Positions 1 through 6,039 are shown, counted from the stretch's first letter. The stretch is DNA of 31,007 bases from a virus (IMGVR_UViG_3300043391_000054:1-31007); one strand, 5' to 3'. Numbers and translations are program-made. The notes: a model not told the origin generated them from the letters alone.

Positions 1-179
1 CCCGTGCGCAAAGAATGCGAGTGGGCTTAGATGCGCCGATAATTAGCAGCGATCGAGCAATCGCCCAAGACTTACCGCCACCTCGACCGCCAAAGGTTAC
101 CTTGTAACGATGCTTGTCAAAAAGAACCGAAAGTTTCTCAGGAAACTCGGCGTTTGATACGGCATAGTCAAGTTCATTC
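1..179 (+). repeat. Terminal direct repeat, left copy (circular assembly overlap)
   Basis: 1-179 matches 30829-31007 except position 52 (A) versus 30880 (C). Confidence 0.97.
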
Positions 180-181
180 AC
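1..181 (-). CDS. terL: Terminase large subunit, 5' part (continues across the contig junction into 30828-29735)
   Basis: GTG at 181-179 overlaps the end of terS; reads VNELDYAVSNAEFPEKLSVLFDKHRYKVTFGGRGGGKSWAIAR, containing the Walker A GGRGGGKS. Confidence 0.9.
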   Translation of the reverse strand, partial: MNELDYAVSNAEFPEKLSVLFDKHRYKVTFGGRGGGKSWAIARSLLIIGASKPTRILCAR

Positions 182-512
182 TGGGCTTGACAAAGGTAAC
201 CTTGATGCCCTCAACCGGCGATCCGTCTGGATTGCTCAGCACGGTCGTATTGCGCTCGCCCCAGCCCATCTGGGCTTTAGACCACCAGATCATCGCCGTG
301 GTGTCGCCAGCCATCGCCTTGTTGTAAAGCGTGTCGGCAATGGAAGCGCTGGCTTTAGCCTTGCCAACGGCCAGCTCGACCTCGTAATACTTACGCAGCG
401 TCGGAGCGCTGATGCCGATGAGAGCCGCGATCTGATCCTGCGGCAAGCCGAGTCCAGCAGTCTGCTCAACCTTGGCTTTCGACGTCTCAGTAGGAACGTG
501 CGGAGGAATCAT
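174..512 (-). CDS. terS: Terminase small subunit
   Basis: 112 aa with N-terminal HTH (QDQIAALIGISAPTLRKYY) and GDTTAMIWWSKAQMGW motif; directly upstream of and overlapping terL. Confidence 0.85.
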   Translation of the reverse strand: MIPPHVPTETSKAKVEQTAGLGLPQDQIAALIGISAPTLRKYYEVELAVGKAKASASIADTLYNKAMAGDTTAMIWWSKAQMGWGERNTTVLSNPDGSPVEGIKVTFVKPSE

Positions 513-561
513 CTTTTATAGGCGAAAAAATAAACGGTTGATCGGCTGCTGAAACGGCATC

Positions 562-1599
562 TTACTTTCTTTTCTTGCTGTCAGTTTTTTCTTTGGCCAA
601 CAAGTCGGGAGCGGCAACGCCCATCGCAGTTGCGACAGCCGTACTTCGACGGAAAGGATCAAATGCGGCAAATCGTGAACGCAAATTTTCAGGATCAAAA
701 ACCAACCGTTCTTCTCCAACATCAACGCCTGAGTAACCCATGTCTTTCAAGGCTTGATTGGTTCTTGCTTTCCATTCATTCATTTTAAAGTCTGCACGAT
801 CTCTTTTAAGCTCGTCAGCATATTTGTCAAGAATTGCATCTGCTACAGCAATTCGCGTGTCAGCGTTAGCGTATTGACCGCGACTTAACAGCGGCATTAT
901 TCTTGCGTCGTCTTCAACATACTTTTCTGTGTATTTTGCAGACGGGCTAGTATAAACACCAGCACCCAATTTGCCACGCGAAGACGGAACAAACGATTCA
1001 AAATCTCTTCGAGCATCTGTAGCATGGTAAAGATCATCAACAAACTCCATAGATTTTGCTCGTTGCTCAGCGGTGTTATTTGTTGGCAATCCCAACCCGC
1101 CTTTTTCAATCGGCAAAGCCGCGCGTCGTTGCGCTAACATCAAAGCGTCTTCTTGCGGGAGCATCTCTATCAGCCCGCCAGCACGCCGCATAGCATTCAT
1201 CATCGAGTTATAGGCAACATCACTCGTCGCCAAGTCTTTCAACGCCGTGCCAGACATTTTAGCCCCGGTTGCGCCGGCTTTGGCAGTTGGCCCGACGCCT
1301 GGCGCGACCGTCATTGCTGCCGACAGCGTATCTGGTCGCAGCTTGGTCGTGTAACCCGTGCCGGTAGTCAATGGCTCGTTATAGCTGACCCTGTTGAGAG
1401 TGCGCTGTAGTTCAGGAATGCCGAGTAGATCGCTGACTGGTGTTGACAGTCTGCCCTCGGTGATCGGACCGCCGGACTGAAGCGTAGAGCCGACGTCGTA
1501 ACCCTTGGCGCCCATTTCGAGCAAATCAGCCAAGAAACCAGAAACGCGGTTGCGTGGCGTCGGCCTGATCGTCCCGGTGATTCGCGGGTAATCAGCCAT
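562..1599 (-). CDS. Putative ADP-ribosyltransferase (ART-PolyVal-like C-terminal domain)
   Basis: Likely start MADY at 1599 (TGATG overlap). Motifs LYHAT...F..F...GAGVYTS...GYSGV...EERLVFDPENLRSRFAAFDP fit H-Y-E class ART domains of phage polyvalent proteins. Confidence 0.7.
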   Translation of the reverse strand: MADYPRITGTIRPTPRNRVSGFLADLLEMGAKGYDVGSTLQSGGPITEGRLSTPVSDLLGIPELQRTLNRVSYNEPLTTGTGYTTKLRPDTLSAAMTVAPGVGPTAKAGATGAKMSGTALKDLATSDVAYNSMMNAMRRAGGLIEMLPQEDALMLAQRRAALPIEKGGLGLPTNNTAEQRAKSMEFVDDLYHATDARRDFESFVPSSRGKLGAGVYTSPSAKYTEKYVEDDARIMPLLSRGQYANADTRIAVADAILDKYADELKRDRADFKMNEWKARTNQALKDMGYSGVDVGEERLVFDPENLRSRFAAFDPFRRSTAVATAMGVAAPDLLAKEKTDSKKRK

Positions 1600-1874
1600 C
1601 AGCAATTCCAGTTTTTGAGCGATGCCTTGGCACGCTCTGCCGGTCCTTTAGCGTTTTTCACAACGCCAGTCATGCGACTACAAAAGCTTGCCTTCCTAGC
1701 CTTGTCTGCGTCCGTTTTGGGATTTGGCGCCGGTGGCTTGAGATTGGCGTTGTTCTTGGCGTTGTACTCAGCACGACCTTTTGCCGTCATCCCGGCGCCC
1801 TTCTCGGTCGGGTTGTAGGTTTTGCCCTTCCCCGTGGTGGTCCGGGGAATGGGCTTGTCGTGCTTTGTGGCCAC
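1599..1874 (-). CDS. Small basic conserved phage protein (DUF6321-like)
   Basis: 91 aa, Lys-rich; pattern GMTAKGRAEYN...LKPP...RKASFCSRM.G...SLKNWNC; coupled to both neighbours by 1-nt overlaps. Confidence 0.75.
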   Translation of the reverse strand: MATKHDKPIPRTTTGKGKTYNPTEKGAGMTAKGRAEYNAKNNANLKPPAPNPKTDADKARKASFCSRMTGVVKNAKGPAERAKASLKNWNC

Positions 1875-2029
1875 TATTTCTTCGCCGGTTTGGCAGTCTT
1901 CGCAGCTTGCTTAAAGTCAGCAGCAGACGGAGCCGCCTTGCTGCCGACCTTATTCATCTTCTCGCCAGAGCCGGCCTTGATCCGTTCCTGCTTCGCGTTA
2001 ATGTTGGCATAAAGGCCAGTCTTGCTCAT
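1874..2029 (-). CDS. Small basic conserved phage protein (51 aa; not in ORF track)
   Basis: My translation: MSKTGLYANINAKQERIKAGSGEKMNKVGSKAAPSAADFKQAAKTAKPAKK; ATGA overlap upstream, TAGTG overlap downstream; GLYANI.AK motif recurs in aquatic phages. Confidence 0.85.
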   Translation of the reverse strand: MSKTGLYANINAKQERIKAGSGEKMNKVGSKAAPSAADFKQAAKTAKPAKK

Positions 2030-2160
2030 TTCTTTTTCGCCGCTTCACGTTTAACTGCGTAACTGATCGCAACCGCTTGTTTGACCGGCTTGCCGGCTTT
2101 AACTTCGGCCTTGATATTTTCTTTAAACGCCTTCTCAGACGTTGATTTTTTAAGTGGCAT
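2026..2160 (-). CDS. Small basic conserved phage protein (44 aa; not in ORF track)
   Basis: My translation: MPLKKSTSEKAFKENIKAEVKAGKPVKQAVAISYAVKREAAKKK; MPLKK...NI..E...GKP..QAVAI pattern is a recurrent phage family; fills the gap exactly. Confidence 0.85.
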   Translation of the reverse strand: MPLKKSTSEKAFKENIKAEVKAGKPVKQAVAISYAVKREAAKKK

Positions 2161-2161
2161 T

Positions 2162-2488
2162 TCAGTTATCTGGGAAAGAGATAACAAAAGACATTTCGCC
2201 CTCTTCGTCCTCGTCCTCTGGCTCCAGCTCGCAAGAATGCGTGCCTACGGCCAGAAATTGAGCAATGTGCTGGTCCAACACGCGCTTGAGAACATCACGG
2301 CATTCTGGGCATTCCTCGTTGTCGATTGCGCCCATCATGACTGCGATTTCCTCGGCCAGCTCGCTCTTGCCGGCGTCTGATCCGTCCTCAAACGCCTGGG
2401 AATGAATATCTTCCGACGATTCGTTAATCTGGTCTTCCAACGCAGCAACTGCCTCTTTCAAAAGATCGAGATCGTCATGGATGCTCAT
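2162..2488 (-). CDS. Highly acidic hypothetical protein with CxxC
   Basis: 108 aa; 31 D/E versus 5 K/R by hand count; abuts both neighbours. Confidence 0.8.
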   Translation of the reverse strand: MSIHDDLDLLKEAVAALEDQINESSEDIHSQAFEDGSDAGKSELAEEIAVMMGAIDNEECPECRDVLKRVLDQHIAQFLAVGTHSCELEPEDEDEEGEMSFVISFPDN

Positions 2489-2893
2489 TTAGCTTGCTCC
2501 GTGAATGATTGAGAAGTTCAGAATAACTGCCTCAGAGTACGAAGTGCCGGTCAGGTTACGTAGCGTCAGGATTGCCGAGCCGGCAGTCATCGACGTCACG
2601 TAAGTCGTGTAAGCGCCGGTAGTAGCACCACTAGAAATATTGACGACAATCGTATCGTTGCCGGAGATTGTGCTGTTGTTCATCGTGAATGACACAGCGG
2701 TATTACCTGCAAGCGCAGCGTTGTTCATCGTGATCCGGCCCATGCTCTTATTGAGCGTGACAGCCGTGGTCTTGTCCGTGAGCTGCGTCACCGTGCCTTG
2801 AGCGGTAGCGGTATAGCCAATTTCTTGACTGGCGTAGCAAGTCGTGAATTCTGGATCGGCGTAAGCAACGCCTGATGCGATTGAATTACTCAT
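2489..2893 (-). CDS. Putative virion structural or decoration protein (beta-rich)
   Basis: 134 aa, Thr/Ser/Ala-rich; VTQLTDKTTAVTLNK..GRITMNNAALA...SEAVILNF resembles a domain seen in phage virion proteins; SD GAGG upstream. Confidence 0.65.
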   Translation of the reverse strand: MSNSIASGVAYADPEFTTCYASQEIGYTATAQGTVTQLTDKTTAVTLNKSMGRITMNNAALAGNTAVSFTMNNSTISGNDTIVVNISSGATTGAYTTYVTSMTAGSAILTLRNLTGTSYSEAVILNFSIIHGAS

Positions 2894-2902
2894 TATTTCC
2901 TC

Positions 2903-3157
2903 TTATTCAACGACCGCACAAACGTCGGCCTCTTGGATGATTTGATAGTCCTGGCCGTCTTTGTTGTGGGTTGGCCAATTAAGGTAGTCACCGTTCCCGT
3001 ATTTGATCCGGTCCCCGACTCGAGCTTCTCTGACTTCGGGTCCGACCGCGACGATTGTGCCCTCGTTAAAGGGTTCGCGGTTGTTGACGTGGATCACGTC
3101 CGACAGTTTCCTGACGGACGGTTGCACCGTGATGAAGTTACGCAGGGGTCTAATCAT
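2903..3157 (-). CDS. groES: GroES/Cpn10-like co-chaperonin
   Basis: Start at 3157 (ATGA overlap); IRPLRNFITV...GTIVAVGPEV...VGDRIKY...DYQIIQEADVCAVVE is the Cpn10 signature. Confidence 0.88.
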   Translation of the reverse strand: MIRPLRNFITVQPSVRKLSDVIHVNNREPFNEGTIVAVGPEVREARVGDRIKYGNGDYLNWPTHNKDGQDYQIIQEADVCAVVE

Positions 3158-3387
3158 TTCTGATAGGACATCCGGTCGTGGGTGTAGCAAACGCCAGGAG
3201 TGACGCCAGTGTTGAACTGCTTGTCCTTGCCAGCCATGTCAGCTTGGCCCATGCCAACGCCGTTGACCATGCGCTCGGAGCGGGTGCCCGACTTGTCTTG
3301 AGCGGAAGCTCCTGCGGGGATCTTGGCGTTTGAGCCAACACCGTAGCCGGCCGGTTGTTTCATTGCTGAGTCTTTAGATTTCATCAT
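3154..3387 (-). CDS. Hypothetical protein (77 aa, Gly-rich, likely disordered)
   Basis: Fills the gap, TAAGG SD upstream, stop overlaps groES start. Confidence 0.75.
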   Translation of the reverse strand: MMKSKDSAMKQPAGYGVGSNAKIPAGASAQDKSGTRSERMVNGVGMGQADMAGKDKQFNTGVTPGVCYTHDRMSYQK

Positions 3388-3396
3388 GATTTAGCC

Positions 3397-3759
3397 TTAT
3401 TTGAGAAAGCGTAGTTTGAAAAGAGTTGAATCAATGAGTTGTGCAATCTCATCAATCAGGTTTTGGATCTCGGAATCGTCGGGCATGATTTCACGTGAGT
3501 CTTGCACAAAATACTTGATTCCTTCCATGTATTCGACAGGATCGTCGGTTGGAAGGTAATAGTCGTCTGGGAAATTGGTGAACTGCCCGTAGCGGCCCAT
3601 GTACGCTTCGGCCAACTGGTCTACCAGCTCAGGAATGGCTTTGTAGTACTCGCCAAGCGCCTGGTGTTCTGCGTAGCTGCTGGTGGTCCAATGCAGCAGA
3701 TGCGCGTTAGTGCCTGAGTGCAGAAGCACCGAGACAAATGTGCTCGCTTCATTTTCCAT
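3397..3759 (-). CDS. Dps/ferritin-like protein (DUF5856-like)
   Basis: Likely start MENE at 3759; AHLLHW....YAEHQALGEYY....ELVDQLAE carries Dps-type His/Asp/Glu iron ligands; ends TLFKLRFLK. Confidence 0.8.
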   Translation of the reverse strand: MENEASTFVSVLLHSGTNAHLLHWTTSSYAEHQALGEYYKAIPELVDQLAEAYMGRYGQFTNFPDDYYLPTDDPVEYMEGIKYFVQDSREIMPDDSEIQNLIDEIAQLIDSTLFKLRFLK

Positions 3760-3769
3760 CTGCACCACC

Positions 3770-3829
3770 AAAAAAATAGGGCAACACTCCGTCGCCCAAT
3801 CGGGCAATGGTTTGGCGAGGAGTGCGCCT
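3770..3829 (-). terminator. Long stem-loop followed by a U7 tract (terminator or attenuator)
   Basis: mRNA sense: GCACUCCUCGCC-(17 nt)-GGCGACGGAGUGU, then UGCCCUAUUUUUUU; lies between DUF3310 and the Dps-like gene. Confidence 0.55.
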
Positions 3830-3837
3830 GTTCCCGA

Positions 3838-4080
3838 TCATGCGCGTTTTAGCACGTCTGACAAGTGTACGTCAAACGCTTTCTTGCGTCTCTCAATTTC
3901 CCGATCTAAATACCAGCGTGCTTTCTCGAGGTCTTGCATTCCGGCCTTGAGATCTGCGCGCCAGATGTACTTGATCGCGTTGCCCAGGTTGAAGCACATA
4001 TGCTCGGTGATCTGGATGCATTCAATGCCAGACGGGTGTTGAGTGTAGTGCTGTGGATGGTTTACCGGATCGTGTTTCAT
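3838..4080 (-). CDS. DUF3310 family protein (T7 gp1.7/SaV-like)
   Basis: Start 4080 (ATGA overlap); DPVNHPQHY...GIECI...GNAIKYIWRA..K...QDLEKARWYL is the family signature. Confidence 0.9.
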   Translation of the reverse strand: MKHDPVNHPQHYTQHPSGIECIQITEHMCFNLGNAIKYIWRADLKAGMQDLEKARWYLDREIERRKKAFDVHLSDVLKRA

Positions 4081-4484
4081 GATAGGACGCTCGTTGAGTA
4101 TTCGCCGCACCAGTGTCCCTCGTCCACTGGTGGCCAGCCAGGTGATTGGTTGCCGTTCTCGTCTACCAGCAGCTCTGGTGATCGGCGTCGGCATTCACCC
4201 ATCCAGGCGTCTGTCCCATCTCCTCCAAGTAAGTTGAAATATCTACAGGATCCGCAAGTAGGTCGCACAGCCATTCCTCCAAGAATAGGTCGCTGGTTTG
4301 CTCGTCGATTACTGGTCTCATCTTGTGCCTCGTACTGGTCTATCAAAACGGTCGCGTCGGTCTGAATTTTCTTTGCAAGACTGACCACGCAATCTAACTC
4401 AACCTTGAAGCCGGCGCACTGTTTTTGCAGCTCGCTTGCATTTAATTGAATATTGGTAATTGATTCGCTTACTTGATAACTCAT
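4077..4484 (-). CDS. Hypothetical protein, helical N-terminus plus C-terminal 4-Cys metal-binding domain
   Basis: CGSCRYF...GECRRRSP...WPPV...WCGEY; ATGA overlaps at both ends; probable internal start GTG 4268 with SD GGAGG at 4280-4276. Confidence 0.75.
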   Translation of the reverse strand: MSYQVSESITNIQLNASELQKQCAGFKVELDCVVSLAKKIQTDATVLIDQYEAQDETSNRRANQRPILGGMAVRPTCGSCRYFNLLGGDGTDAWMGECRRRSPELLVDENGNQSPGWPPVDEGHWCGEYSTSVLS

Positions 4485-4774
4485 GCGATAAGAGCCTCTT
4501 TCAATTGTGATTCTTTCATATTAAAAATATCCTCAGAACCAAAGATTTTTTCTATCCACGGTCTGACCCATAAGTAAGTTGTCCCGATCTTAGCGTTGCG
4601 CTCAATCAGGTTATTAGTCGTAAGTTTGATATTGCCAAACGTCACCCATAAATGAGGCGTCACGTAATGCGGCACGTACATCGAGTCGCCCAAGAAGAAC
4701 ACAGGCTGCACGTCAGGATAGAGCTGTTCATTGTCCTCGCCTTTGTAGACGAACCTGCCATTAGTAAATTCCAT
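4481..4774 (-). CDS. Hypothetical protein (97 aa)
   Basis: Start re-called to ATG 4774 (GGAG upstream), removing most of the overlap with the 4761-5051 gene; stop overlaps the next start. Confidence 0.7.
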   Translation of the reverse strand: MEFTNGRFVYKGEDNEQLYPDVQPVFFLGDSMYVPHYVTPHLWVTFGNIKLTTNNLIERNAKIGTTYLWVRPWIEKIFGSEDIFNMKESQLKEALIA

Positions 4775-5051
4775 CAACGCTCTCCACGGGTTTTCCAAGA
4801 GTTCTGAGAACTGCACAATATTCTGGTTCAAGACTGCCAGCACGACCATTGACGTCGAAATAAACGTATCGCTTACGCCTGGCGCTGTCGGTCTCATCAA
4901 GCCGTCGCCCAAGCCTCCCAATTTGGAAGCCATGACGCAGCTTTGCATCAATGACCTTTGGCGTTAAGTCAGGAAAGTATTGAGCACATTCCTTTGACGT
5001 CATTGATCCATGATTAGCAATGATTTGCAAAGGATCTATTTTAATTTCCAT
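4761..5051 (-). CDS. Putative winged-helix DNA-binding protein
   Basis: 96 aa; LQIIANHGSMTSKECAQYF...VIDAKLRH..QIGRLGRR...RKRYVY has a wHTH-like pattern; AAGGAG upstream. Confidence 0.55.
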   Translation of the reverse strand: MEIKIDPLQIIANHGSMTSKECAQYFPDLTPKVIDAKLRHGFQIGRLGRRLDETDSARRKRYVYFDVNGRAGSLEPEYCAVLRTLGKPVESVDGIY

Positions 5052-5069
5052 TTCATTACTCCTTAAACA

Positions 5070-5450
5070 TCAAAAAGGCACATCTTCGTCCAGATCATCA
5101 AAACCCGATGCGCGGGCCTGTGGCGCGTTTTTGACTCGGGTTGATAGGGTAGCCTCAGTCACGGCTTGAAAGCCGCTCCTGTGGCCGTCTGGGTGCCTTT
5201 TTGGCCCATGATCGACCGCGGTGGTCGGTTCGCAAGCGTTTCCAATCGAAATCGCAGCGTATTGCATCCCGCTTGCAGCGGTTTTGATCGTCACGTCCAG
5301 CCAGTGCATTGCGCCGTCTGGCAAGCAGATCCGGCCCTTGTAATCGGCGTGCCAATCCTCGACCTTTTTGTCATTCGGGAATGCGGCACCCTTGCCAGGC
5401 TTCTGCTCGTAATTGCCCTTCGCTGCGATTGGTTTATTCATTTGATTCAC
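5070..5450 (-). CDS. Single-stranded DNA-binding protein-like (OB-fold, acidic tail)
   Basis: FPNDKK...ADYKGRI...ISIG core and C-terminal FDDLDEDVPF tail typical of SSBs; start may be 5441. Confidence 0.7.
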   Translation of the reverse strand: MNQMNKPIAAKGNYEQKPGKGAAFPNDKKVEDWHADYKGRICLPDGAMHWLDVTIKTAASGMQYAAISIGNACEPTTAVDHGPKRHPDGHRSGFQAVTEATLSTRVKNAPQARASGFDDLDEDVPF

Positions 5451-5695
5451 TTTAAATTGTTTCTCAAGATTTGGTCTGTCACAACTTCAGAAAGTAATTC
5501 CTCAATTGTTTCGACCTCGGGTTGCTTCGCATCAATTCGGCGTCTGATAACCGATTCGATTCCTTTCTGCATTTGCGCTGACGTCATGTCCAGAGCAATT
5601 AGCTGATTCACCAGGTTGCTGCTTATTTGGGCACCTTTTATTTTTTTCAAACCTCCTCTTATTTCTTTAGTAAAATTAAATATAGAGTCTTTCAT
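5447..5695 (-). CDS. Hypothetical protein (82 aa) adjacent to the putative origin
   Basis: AAGGAG upstream; stop overlaps the GTG of the SSB-like gene. Confidence 0.7.
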   Translation of the reverse strand: MKDSIFNFTKEIRGGLKKIKGAQISSNLVNQLIALDMTSAQMQKGIESVIRRRIDAKQPEVETIEELLSEVVTDQILRNNLK

Positions 5696-5780
5696 CTTAG
5701 TCTAAGCTCCTTGTCTAAGATCTACATCTAAGCTCTCTAAGTCTAAGATCTAAGACTAAGATCTAAGACTAAGATCTCTA
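5696..5780. repeat. CTAAG/AGATCT repeat array with 13-bp period
   Basis: CTAAG at 5702, 5715, 5728, 5737, 5743, 5750, 5756, 5763, 5769; AGATCT at 5718, 5746, 5759, 5772; CTAAGATCTAAGA tandem at 5743-5755 and 5756-5768, partial at 5769-5777. Confidence 0.9.
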
Positions 5781-5804
5781 CGCGCGCACGTATATGAAGA
5801 AAAG

Positions 5805-5869
5805 TTATCCACAGGTTATCCACAGGGTTATCCACAGATTTCAGGGTAGTTATCCACAGGTTATCCACA
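5805..5869 (+). promoter_or_regulatory. Five perfect DnaA boxes (TTATCCACA); putative replication origin
   Basis: Boxes at 5805, 5816, 5828, 5850 and 5861, all in one orientation, spacings 11/12/22/11 bp. Confidence 0.88.
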
Positions 5870-5871
5870 GG

Positions 5872-6039
5872 CTACTCTGAGGGGCTTTTGATGCTGTTTT
5901 CGTACTCTCTTTTGATTTCTTTTACGATCTCCTTTTCAGCTTTTGTATAATCTCTGAGCGGTTTGCCATTTAAATCTAACCCTCTGTAGGGCATCCGTTC
6001 GAGCCGCCTTTTGGCCTCGATGTTTGCTTTTTTACTCAC
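5872..6039 (-). CDS. Small basic hypothetical protein (55 aa; not in ORF track)
   Basis: GTGA overlap with the rusA stop; MSKKANIEAKRRLERMPYRGLDLNGKPLRDYTKAEKEIVKEIKREYENSIKSPSE; ends 2 bp before the DnaA boxes. Confidence 0.7.
   Translation of the reverse strand: MSKKANIEAKRRLERMPYRGLDLNGKPLRDYTKAEKEIVKEIKREYENSIKSPSE

Noticed and set aside
1-179. Terminal repeat as a biological DTR or att site
   Set aside because: It lies inside terL and no integrase is present; best explained as circular assembly overlap.
5696-5869. CRISPR array or part of an intact initiator gene
   Set aside because: Repeats are 5-13 bp with no spacers and no cas genes; stop codons interrupt the minus-strand frames, and the flanking ORFs are in different frames.
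5872-5874. Amber (TAG) recoding that would extend ORFs through the origin
   Set aside because: TAG ends well-defined genes elsewhere (portal, 1874-2029, 8912-9100) and long genes are uninterrupted in the standard code.
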